Shown piece after piece: positions 46,855 through 55,386 of a stretch of 64,000 bases of DNA (positions are counted from its first letter, which is position 1; each line of letters starts with the position of its first letter). A program made the position numbers and the translations under genes. The notes beneath the pieces are model-generated. The model worked only from the letters and a program-made list of their open reading frames with translations. It had not been told where the DNA came from and did not search any database. This stretch comes from Verrucomicrobiales bacterium. GTDB taxonomy: Bacteria > Verrucomicrobiota > Verrucomicrobiia > Verrucomicrobiales > V1-33. Where the stretch lies: NCBI GenBank assembly GCA_031411295.1, contig JANOAV010000181.1:1-64000 (forward strand), written 5' to 3'.

Positions 46855-48204
46855 ATGCGCCATTTCATCATTACGCTTTCCCTGCTCATTGGCTCACTCT
46901 CGACCTCGCTCACGGCGGCAGAGGCCAAACGGCCCAATATCATTTTCATCCTTGCAGACGATCTTGGGATCGACAACCTGAGTTGCTATGGATCGGACAA
47001 ACATAAGACTCCCAATCTCGACAAGTTGGCAGCATCTGGCACCCGATTCGAGACCTGCTATGCCGCCCCGGTGTGCGGTCCCTCCCGTTGCTTGTTAATG
47101 ACCGGGCGTTATGCGTTTCGCACCGGGGGCTTGGGGAACCAATCGTGGGAAGCAGGCGGACCCGGGGCGAAATCCGTCGATGAGAATGCGATCCCGAAGC
47201 TGTTGAAACAATCCGGCTACGCGACTGGCATGGCTGGCAAATGGCGGCAGGTCGGGGAAACGCCCAAGGATTGGGGTTTCGATGAATACAGCACGGATCC
47301 CACTGCCAGCGGATGGTATTGGCAGACCAAACATTTGCAAAATGGTCAGGAAGTCACCAAGCCAGAGGGAACCTACGCAGGGGATGTGGTGCATGAGTTT
47401 GCCATCGACTTCATCCGCAAGCACAAGGAACAACCGTTCTTCTTTTACTACTCCATGCATCACGTCCATGGTCCAATTCTGAAGACTCCCGACACCGCCA
47501 AGGACGGCAAAACCGACAAGGATGCGCTCTATGACGAGAACATTGCCTACATGGATAAGCAGGTCGGAGCCGTGATCGCAGAATTGGAAAAACTGGGACT
47601 CCGGGAAAAGACGCTGGTTTTGTTTTCGGGTGACAACGGCACCGCGCTTACCTATCCCAGCACCATCGGTGGTCGCATGTTGCATGGCAAGAAGGGCAGC
47701 ATGCTGGAAGGCGGTTCGCGGGTGCCGCTCATCGCCAGTTGGCCAGGCATGACAGCGGCGGGTGCCGTTTCCAAGGATCTGGTGAGCTTTGCCGATCCTC
47801 ACGCCACGTTCCTGGAACTGGCTGGAGGCAAGCTTCCAGAAGGATTCAAGACCGATGGTCATAGTTTTGCTCCGCAGCTTCAGGGAAAGAAAGGCAGTCC
47901 GCGCGAATGGGCTTTCGTGCAATTTCATAACCAGTGGTATGTGCGGGAACCGAACTACAAATTGACCGAAGCCAACGAACTCTTCGACGTAAGCGATGCT
48001 CCCTACGTGGAAAAACTGATCGCTGCCACGGACGATACCGAAGCCAGCAAAGCCGCCCGCACCAGATTGGCGGAAGTGCTCAAAACATTGAACCCCGCAG
48101 CCGGAAAAACCGAAGCCACCGAAGGGGCAAAGCCCGGCAAAAAGGGGAAGTCGAAACGCCAGGCGAAACAAGCCCCAGCAGAGGCTGCCGCGCCTGCCAA
48201 ATGA
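46855..48204 (+). CDS. Sulfatase (formylglycine-dependent S1 family)
   Basis: PNIIFILADDLG, CGPSR, GKW, SGDNG, EGGSRVP. Confidence 0.95.
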   Translation: MRHFIITLSLLIGSLSTSLTAAEAKRPNIIFILADDLGIDNLSCYGSDKHKTPNLDKLAASGTRFETCYAAPVCGPSRCLLMTGRYAFRTGGLGNQSWEAGGPGAKSVDENAIPKLLKQSGYATGMAGKWRQVGETPKDWGFDEYSTDPTASGWYWQTKHLQNGQEVTKPEGTYAGDVVHEFAIDFIRKHKEQPFFFYYSMHHVHGPILKTPDTAKDGKTDKDALYDENIAYMDKQVGAVIAELEKLGLREKTLVLFSGDNGTALTYPSTIGGRMLHGKKGSMLEGGSRVPLIASWPGMTAAGAVSKDLVSFADPHATFLELAGGKLPEGFKTDGHSFAPQLQGKKGSPREWAFVQFHNQWYVREPNYKLTEANELFDVSDAPYVEKLIAATDDTEASKAARTRLAEVLKTLNPAAGKTEATEGAKPGKKGKSKRQAKQAPAEAAAPAK

Positions 48205-48257
48205 TATCTCTTAGCTGAATCTAATATCCGCAACCTCCTGACTCTTTCCCCATCTCC

Positions 48258-49871
48258 ATGCGAATGATAAACTTTCTGCGAATGGCCACCGTTGTGATGG
48301 CCGCATTGTCCTATGCCGTCGGTGCCGCCGAAACGAAGCCTAATATCATCGTCGTCCTGGTGGATGACATGGGGTTCTCAGACCTTGGTTGTTATGGTTC
48401 CGAGATTCCCACTCCGAATTTGGATGCGCTGGCGGCCAACGGATTGCGTTTCACCCAATTCTATAACACCGGGGGTTGCTGTCCCACGCGTGCGGCCTTG
48501 CTGACAGGATTGTATTCGCATCAAGCCGGGGTGGGGCACATGGTGGAGAACAAAAACGCTCCGGGCTATGTGGGGCGTTTGAATGACCAATGCGCCACTT
48601 TTGCGGAGGTGCTGAAGCCTGCGGGTTATTTTGCGGCCATGGCCGGGAAATGGCACGTGGGACAGAATCAGGATGTGACACCGTGGAGTCGTGGGTTTGA
48701 ACGCAGTTTGAATGCGCCAGCCGGTGGCTTCTATCAAGCTGGCAGCCCACGGGCCGAGCTTTTCTTGAACGGAACGAAACTTGCCAAAGACGACGCGCGT
48801 TTGCCGCAAGGCTGGTATTCCACAGATCTTTGGACCACGTTTGGTTTGAAATTTATCGATGAAGCCAAGGAGGCGAAGAAACCGTTCTTCCTCTATCTGG
48901 CGCACAACGCCCCGCACTTTCCACTGCAAGCGCCAGCGGAGGAGATCGCAAAATTTCGGGGCAAATACAAAGAAGGTTGGGACAAGCTGCGCCTGCAGCG
49001 GCATGCCAAGCAGTTGGAGTTGGGCCTGATCGAAAAAGCGTGGACCATGGCCTCGCGTCCCCAAGATATCAAAGAGTGGGATAGCCTAACGGATGAGCAG
49101 AAGGACGAATTTGATCACCTCATGGCCGTCTATGCCGCCACAGTTTCCCGCATGGATAAAGCGATGGGCGATCTCACGGCAGGGTTGAAAGAACGCGGAG
49201 TCTTCGAGAACACCCTGATCCTCTTTATGAGCGATAACGGTGGTAACGCTGAATCCGGGCCGAACGGACGTTCAGCGGGAGATCCCACCACTGCAGATTC
49301 CGATTGGTTCTGCGGAGAGAGTTGGGCGTTCTTGGAAAACACGCCGTTTCGTCGCTACAAGCATTTCAATCATGAGGGAGGCATTGCCACTCCGCTCATT
49401 GCGCACTGGCCGGATGGCATCAAGGCAAGGAACGAACTGCGCAAGCAACCTGCGCATTTGATTGATATCATGGCCACCTGTGTTGAGGTGGCCGGAGCGA
49501 CTCCACTTAAGGAACTGAATGGCAAGCCAGTTCTGCCGCTGGAAGGCCGCAGCCTCGTTCCTGCCTTCTCTGACAAGCCCATTGAGCGAGACGCCCTCTA
49601 CTGGGAGCACGAAGGAAATGCCGCTGTGAGGGTGGGGGATATGAAGCTCGTGCGCCTGGGCCGTAATGGAACATGGGAACTCTACGATCTCGCCAAAGAC
49701 CGCACCGAACAACACGACCTCGCGACTGAACAAGCGGACAAGGTGAAGGAACTGGCAGCCAAGTGGGAAGCCTGGGCGATCCGCGCCAATGTAAAACCTT
49801 ATCCGAATGAAGGTGGTGGTAAGAAGGCTGGGAAAAAGGCTGGCAAGAAGGAGGGTAAATCGGAATCATAG
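48258..49871 (+). CDS. Arylsulfatase (S1 family)
   Basis: PNIIVVLVDDMG, CCPTR, GKWH, APHFPLQA, SDNG, HEGGIATP. Confidence 0.95.
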   Translation: MRMINFLRMATVVMAALSYAVGAAETKPNIIVVLVDDMGFSDLGCYGSEIPTPNLDALAANGLRFTQFYNTGGCCPTRAALLTGLYSHQAGVGHMVENKNAPGYVGRLNDQCATFAEVLKPAGYFAAMAGKWHVGQNQDVTPWSRGFERSLNAPAGGFYQAGSPRAELFLNGTKLAKDDARLPQGWYSTDLWTTFGLKFIDEAKEAKKPFFLYLAHNAPHFPLQAPAEEIAKFRGKYKEGWDKLRLQRHAKQLELGLIEKAWTMASRPQDIKEWDSLTDEQKDEFDHLMAVYAATVSRMDKAMGDLTAGLKERGVFENTLILFMSDNGGNAESGPNGRSAGDPTTADSDWFCGESWAFLENTPFRRYKHFNHEGGIATPLIAHWPDGIKARNELRKQPAHLIDIMATCVEVAGATPLKELNGKPVLPLEGRSLVPAFSDKPIERDALYWEHEGNAAVRVGDMKLVRLGRNGTWELYDLAKDRTEQHDLATEQADKVKELAAKWEAWAIRANVKPYPNEGGGKKAGKKAGKKEGKSES

Positions 49872-49976
49872 TTTTATCACTAATAATGATAAGTGCCGGG
49901 ATGGCGGACCGCGTTTGCTGAAGCAATGATGCATCCAAGCTGCATTGGGCGTCGTTTGTCGGAGGAATCCTTAATC

Positions 49977-50774
49977 ATGCATATGAAATATCCAAACGTT
50001 CCCACCATAGCTGCTTTAACGACACTGCTCCTTAGTTCATGCGCTTCCCCGAAGATCAGCTCCCGGCCCGTGGCTGCATCTGAGACTGGGGCTGTGGCCT
50101 TGGTATCCGCCTCGCAGCAGGCCCACGGAGGGAATGCGTTCCGCAAGGTTAAGGAGATCACAGTGGCCTATGAGGGTAAATGGGGCGCAATCGGCCCGCG
50201 TTTCCAGCCGGTGTTAGTGGATCGACAGTTCCGTGGCAATTCGAAGGAGCATTGGGACGCAGGGATGCGGACCTTGAAGCAGATTCATACTGGAGCAGCA
50301 GGGCAGAAAGTCGTGGTGCGGCAGCCCGGTAAAGTTAACGTTTCCTACAACGGAACCACCTCAACCGATGCTGAGAAGAACCAAGCCGCCGCACTGGTGG
50401 CCGACGCCTACAGCATGTTCCTGCTGGGGCCGCATTACTTCGACCGGAAGGGCGTCACGTTAGTGAGTCATGGATCATCCAAGGTGGACGAATATCTCTG
50501 CGATGAAGTGCTGGCGGTGTTGCGGCCTGGTTTCGGTATGGCAGAGGAAGATCGGGTGGTGCTATTTATCGATCGGGCCAGCAAACAATTGCGACGCGTG
50601 GGAATGACCCTGAATGGACTGGAGAGCACGCGAGGAGCCGAAGTGGACGTGACTTTCCGCAACTTCCGCAGCGTCGAAGGAGTGCTTTGGGCGACGGATT
50701 TCGACGAGCGGATTCGCGTTCCCTTTGATCTGCACGCCCACCATTGGACACTGCAAGAGATCAACGTGCGCTAA
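49977..50774 (+). CDS. Hypothetical lipoprotein
   Basis: GGAGGA upstream of ATG 49977. Lipobox LSSC. Confidence 0.75.
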   Translation: MHMKYPNVPTIAALTTLLLSSCASPKISSRPVAASETGAVALVSASQQAHGGNAFRKVKEITVAYEGKWGAIGPRFQPVLVDRQFRGNSKEHWDAGMRTLKQIHTGAAGQKVVVRQPGKVNVSYNGTTSTDAEKNQAAALVADAYSMFLLGPHYFDRKGVTLVSHGSSKVDEYLCDEVLAVLRPGFGMAEEDRVVLFIDRASKQLRRVGMTLNGLESTRGAEVDVTFRNFRSVEGVLWATDFDERIRVPFDLHAHHWTLQEINVR

Positions 50775-50780
50775 GCCTGA

Positions 50781-52796
50781 TCAAGGGACCTTCTGCAGCA
50801 CCAAAGCACAGCGGCTGGGCAGATAGACGAGCAGCCGTCCTTCCAGTGCGAAGTATTCCTGACCAGGCCGCAGGCGACTCAGGCCACAAAAACGGGCTTC
50901 ATCCGTGTCCAGCACCAACTCATATTTGCCTTCAGGCACATTGAGGGGATAGTCTTGCTGGCTTTGGGTCGGGTGAAGATTCACGAGAAACAAGAATTCT
51001 CCCCTGCTATAAGCGATGATCTCATCCGTCACGTGACTGTAGTGCAGGAGGTTCGGTTGGCTGAAGACTGCGGCCGTCCCCAGCACATGGATTAAAGCGG
51101 CATCAAAATCGGCGAGTCCATGGTATTTCAAATCGGGATTATCCCGCAGCGACCATTGTCGACGGCTGTAGTGATAGGACCAATCATTGCCTTCGCGCGG
51201 GAAATCCACCCACTCTGGGTGACCGAATTCGTTTCCGATGAAATTTAGGTAGCCATGTCCCGCAGTGGTCAGGGTCATCAGGCGGGCAATCTTGTGCAGG
51301 GCCAGGGCCCGATCGATCACCAAGCTGGGGCGATCGCAATGCATGTCGGTATAGATGGCGGCATCGGCAAGTTGAAAGAAGAAGGTCTTCCCACCCACGA
51401 TGGATTGATCATGCGATTCAACATAAGAAATGGTCATCTCATCCTGCCGCCGATTGATCAGCTCGAAATAAAGGTGCTCGATGTTCCAGTCTTCGTCGCG
51501 CTGCGTGGTGGCAAGTTTGAACCACAGGTCCGGCACACCCATCGCCAGTCGGTAGTCGAACCCTGCTCCACCCTCGGAAATGGCAGCGGCCAGGCCAGGC
51601 ATACCGCTAACATCCTCTGCGATGGTCATGGCCTGAGGTCGCAGGTCATGGATCAACCGATTTGCCAGGGTTAGGTAAACCAAAGCATCTTCATCCGTGG
51701 CGGGCGTGAAGTAGTCCCCATAGCCGGAGAATACTTTCCCCAAGCCGTGGTGATCGTAGAGCATGGAAGTGACCCCGTCGAAACGGAAGCCATCCACGCG
51801 GAATTCTTCCAACCAGTAGCGGCAGTTGGAGAGCAGGAAACGCAGGGTTTCATCCTTGGAGTAATCGAAACAACGGGAGTCCCAGGCCTCGTGGTAGCCA
51901 CGCGGGCCGTCGTGGAAATAGAGCCAGGGAGTGCCATCGAAGAGTGCCAGGCCCTCCAATTCGTTCTTCACGGAGTGGGAATGGACCAAATCCATAATCA
52001 CGCGAATACCGACTCCGTGGGCCGCATCGATAAGTTCTTTCAATTCCTCCGGGGTGCCGAAACGCGAGGAGGGGGCGAAGAAATTACTAACATGATATCC
52101 AAAGGATCCGTAATACGGATGCTCCATGACGGCCATGAGTTGCACCACATTGTAGCCCGCAGCGGCAATGCGCGGCAAGACGTGCTGCCGGAATTCAGTA
52201 TAAGTGCCCACGCCACCTCGTTCCTGCGCCATGCCCACATGGGCTTCGTAGATCAGCGCTGGTTCAGCGGCGGGAGGGGCGGGTGGAAATTGCCATTGAT
52301 AGGCGGGCACGTCCCAGACTTGCGCGGAGAAAAGTTTCGTCGTCTGATCCTGCACCAGCCGACGCCCGTAGGAAGGCAGCCGCAAGCCGTCACCACCGGG
52401 CCAGCAGATATGCAGTTGGAAATGCTGCCCATGCTGCAGGGCCTCGGCCGGGAGATGCAGTTCCCAGTCTCCGTGGCTCTCCATTCGTTGCATGGCATAG
52501 GCGGGAAGATCTTTCCAGCCTGAGGCGTCGCCCGTTAAGAAAATCGCGGTGGCGTTAGGGGCATACTCTCGGAAAATCCATCCCTGGGGCGTGCGATGCA
52601 GGCCGTAAAACTGGTGAGCGTTGGCAAAGTTCAGGAGCTGGGTGCCGGTGCCAAGCCGATTCAAGGTTTTCAAATACTTCATCCGCCGCCGCAAGAAATC
52701 AGCATCATACGGTGAGAGCCAAGCGTCATCTTGCAGCCGCCGCAGGGCAGGGGGCCAGATTGGTGAAGGAAGGGGAGAGTCAGGGGAGGGTAGCAC
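50781..52796 (-). CDS. glgB: 1,4-alpha-glucan branching enzyme (GH13, eukaryote/Bacteroides-like type)
   Basis: IYEAHVGM, MEHPYYGSFGYHV, DLVHSH, GFRFDGVTSMLY, AEDVSGMP, YVESHDQ, GNEFGHPEWVDFPR. Start codon is uncertain. Confidence 0.95.
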   Translation of the reverse strand: MLPSPDSPLPSPIWPPALRRLQDDAWLSPYDADFLRRRMKYLKTLNRLGTGTQLLNFANAHQFYGLHRTPQGWIFREYAPNATAIFLTGDASGWKDLPAYAMQRMESHGDWELHLPAEALQHGQHFQLHICWPGGDGLRLPSYGRRLVQDQTTKLFSAQVWDVPAYQWQFPPAPPAAEPALIYEAHVGMAQERGGVGTYTEFRQHVLPRIAAAGYNVVQLMAVMEHPYYGSFGYHVSNFFAPSSRFGTPEELKELIDAAHGVGIRVIMDLVHSHSVKNELEGLALFDGTPWLYFHDGPRGYHEAWDSRCFDYSKDETLRFLLSNCRYWLEEFRVDGFRFDGVTSMLYDHHGLGKVFSGYGDYFTPATDEDALVYLTLANRLIHDLRPQAMTIAEDVSGMPGLAAAISEGGAGFDYRLAMGVPDLWFKLATTQRDEDWNIEHLYFELINRRQDEMTISYVESHDQSIVGGKTFFFQLADAAIYTDMHCDRPSLVIDRALALHKIARLMTLTTAGHGYLNFIGNEFGHPEWVDFPREGNDWSYHYSRRQWSLRDNPDLKYHGLADFDAALIHVLGTAAVFSQPNLLHYSHVTDEIIAYSRGEFLFLVNLHPTQSQQDYPLNVPEGKYELVLDTDEARFCGLSRLRPGQEYFALEGRLLVYLPSRCALVLQKVP

Positions 52797-52901
52797 AGAG
52801 CAGAAAGACAGGAAAAATGCCGTTGGTCAAGAACATTAGCCCTGAGCATAATTCAGGCCAAAGCAAAATCCCGCAGGGGGATCCAGTCCGGAACCAGGCG
52901 C

Positions 52902-53786
52902 TCAATTGTGAGTGCGGCGGGCCAGTCGTTGGTTATAGGAGATGGATTTTCGCAGCGCGATGATTTTCGCCACGAGCGGCCGAAAATTGCCCAGCGCTTT
53001 GCGGATCGCTGGGTCACGGCTGTCGGCGTGGTCACTCAGATAGACCCCTACTTTGAAGGAAAGCTCGGACTTGGCGGTCTCCAGGGCACCGATTTTGGCG
53101 GACGTTTCGGCAACGTTTTTCGAGAGTTGGCCGATTTCGGTGACCAGATCTCCTGACTCCTCCTTCATTTCAGTGCGTTTCTTGGAAATGTCGCCATCCA
53201 CTCCTTGCACCGAAAACTCAATTTTTCGCACGTCCGCTTCCTTAAGTTCAATGGCCTTCTTGTTTGCTTCATGAGTATTTTTGAGGTCTTGCAGCGTCAC
53301 GCGAGTCCGCTCGATTTCCTCCGTCAAGTCCACCCCTTCCTGACGCTTGAGGACGTCGAGTTTCATTTTCAAGCTGTTGAAACGATCCCTTGTGGCACCA
53401 TCGCTTTGGCGCATTTCTTCGATTTCCGCTGCGATCTCTGCGGCCCCTTCCATGACATTGGCTTTGTGGTCCCGCAGGTCCTGAATCTGCTCCTCATAGC
53501 GATCCTCGATGTTGTTGAGCTTTTCTTTCAGCACGTCGATCTGGCCCAGCATCTGTTCGCTGGTGGAGCGCAACTTTTCCTGTTGCGCATCCAAGTCTTT
53601 CAATTGCCAGAACTCGCCCGTCAGGTCTTCCAAGGCCCCGGTTTGTTTCCAAGCCAGGCGACCGAGTAAATCCTGCGCTTCGCTGAGAAATTGCGTCTCC
53701 CGGGTGACCGACCCCCAACGAGCGCGCTCGCCACGGATTCCGAATTGCCAGGCGAGCCGATGTAAGAAAAAACCAATTGCGTTCAT
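52902..53786 (-). CDS. Hypothetical coiled-coil protein
   Basis: 294-aa ORF, E/K/L/Q-rich with heptad pattern. Confidence 0.75.
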   Translation of the reverse strand: MNAIGFFLHRLAWQFGIRGERARWGSVTRETQFLSEAQDLLGRLAWKQTGALEDLTGEFWQLKDLDAQQEKLRSTSEQMLGQIDVLKEKLNNIEDRYEEQIQDLRDHKANVMEGAAEIAAEIEEMRQSDGATRDRFNSLKMKLDVLKRQEGVDLTEEIERTRVTLQDLKNTHEANKKAIELKEADVRKIEFSVQGVDGDISKKRTEMKEESGDLVTEIGQLSKNVAETSAKIGALETAKSELSFKVGVYLSDHADSRDPAIRKALGNFRPLVAKIIALRKSISYNQRLARRTHN

Positions 53787-53905
53787 GTAAGGGGAGGAAA
53801 AGAGAAAACGGGGAAAGGTGTCATTGTAGCCAGTCCCGATTTTGGTGCAATCAGTTTCCGTCTGGCAACGGAATTGTTACGCCGGGAGTTTCAAGGAGCG
53901 TGGAG

Positions 53906-55150
53906 TCAGACCTGCCGATAGTGCCGCTGGGAGGTGTAAATCCCAGATCTTCCACTGCACAGGAAGGCGGCTTCGCAGACGACGGCTGCGGGCACCAGCA
54001 AGTGCCAGCCGAAGAGTTCCCCCGCCATGATGGCGCAGGCGAGCGGGGTTTTGGCAGCGGCCGCAAAAACGGCCACGAAGCTCAAACCTGCGTAAAGCGG
54101 AACCTGCTCGTGGGTCCAGACTCCGGCGGCATGGCCCCAGGCTGCTCCAATGAAAAACAACGGGGTTACTTCACCACCTTTAAAACCGCTCCCTACCGTA
54201 ACTGCCGTAAAAACCAGCTTCCCCAACCAAGCCCACGAATCCAAGCCCGCTGGGACGAATGATTGCAATATGGAAGCCCCGCCAGAGGTGGAACTGGTGA
54301 CGCCCAAGCCAAGGAAATCCCGGTTGCCCGTGAGGAAGACGAGCGCAATCACCAGAGCCCCGCCGAGGACCGGACGGAATGGAGCCCAAGGAGCCAGCCT
54401 GCCACATCCCCACTGCACCAAGTGCGCGCTGCGGCCGCAGAGTTGAGCCACTAAACCGCAGCTGATTCCCAAGAGGACAAATTTCCCCAGCGCCAGCCAG
54501 GAGAAGTTCACCTCTCGGCCTGCCAACCAGTGATACTCTGTGTGAGTCATCCCCCAGGCCAGGCAGGTGTATTGACCGACGAAGCTCGCAACCAAGACCG
54601 GGAGCCACGCAGACCATTGCAGCCGGGAAATAACCACCACTTCCAGGGCAAAAACCGCGCCCGCCCACGGCGTGCCGAAGACTGCCCCGAAGCCACCGGC
54701 AATGCCAGCGAATAGCATTAAGCGTCGGGCTCGGGAGTCCAGCTTGCGCCAGCGGCTCACGCCATCCGCCAAGCTCCCTCCCATCTGCACCGCCGTGCCT
54801 TCACGGCCAGCGGAGCCTCCGCCGAGGTGGGTTAGGAGCGTGCCGAGCAGGACAAACGGAACCATCCGCAGCGGGATGGCTTCTCGCGGATGGTGGATTT
54901 CCTCCAGCAGGAAATTATTTCCGCGCCCAACCCCAAGACCATGCGCAGCATAGAGCCAGCCCACCAGTAACCCAATAACCGGGAGGGCCCAGAGGAGCCA
55001 AGGATGGGCTTGATGGAACCGGGTCGTAAGCTCCAGCAACCAAAGAAACAATGCGCTGGCACTCCCCGCCAACCCGCCCACCACCAACGCCCAACCAGCT
55101 ACTTGGAGCGACTGGCGGAACGACGTGGGGGAAAGGAGCGGAACGGGCAT
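53906..55150 (-). CDS. CLC-F type fluoride/proton antiporter (EriC-like)
   Basis: CLC-F signatures GNNFLL, GREGT and GEVTP. Many TMs. Start taken at MPVPLL. Confidence 0.88.
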   Translation of the reverse strand: MPVPLLSPTSFRQSLQVAGWALVVGGLAGSASALFLWLLELTTRFHQAHPWLLWALPVIGLLVGWLYAAHGLGVGRGNNFLLEEIHHPREAIPLRMVPFVLLGTLLTHLGGGSAGREGTAVQMGGSLADGVSRWRKLDSRARRLMLFAGIAGGFGAVFGTPWAGAVFALEVVVISRLQWSAWLPVLVASFVGQYTCLAWGMTHTEYHWLAGREVNFSWLALGKFVLLGISCGLVAQLCGRSAHLVQWGCGRLAPWAPFRPVLGGALVIALVFLTGNRDFLGLGVTSSTSGGASILQSFVPAGLDSWAWLGKLVFTAVTVGSGFKGGEVTPLFFIGAAWGHAAGVWTHEQVPLYAGLSFVAVFAAAAKTPLACAIMAGELFGWHLLVPAAVVCEAAFLCSGRSGIYTSQRHYRQV

Positions 55151-55386
55151 GCGCTGCAGTGTGTCCTCATCTGAGCAGGTTGCAAGATTCAGCTCCGGCA
55201 AATTTTCAAATTAGCGAGCCAACATCATCAGGAGATGTAACTAGCACAATAAGGTGAATCGCCCTACAAGGTATATGCGGGTTTCATGATAGTGTAAAAA
55301 GATGAGATAATTTTGAAACGAATTGACGCAGATTGCGAATTAATGAGTAAAGCTATTCCCTGCTAAACCTATCCCTGCCTACCATC

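Noticed and set aside
47095..48171. Long antisense ORF (also 18110-19072, 24254-25147, 31811-32938, 33203-34132)
   Set aside because: These are shadows of well-supported genes on the other strand, expected in GC-rich coding DNA, and show no motifs.
49874..49892. TTATCA-N7-TGATAA as a Fur-type box
   Set aside because: It is a short palindrome in an AT-rich patch with a poor match to consensus and no supporting gene context.
55222..55266. Fluoride riboswitch upstream of CLC-F
   Set aside because: Only GGCGAT and CTGATGATG fragments are present. I could not build the P1 stem or the pseudoknot pairing.
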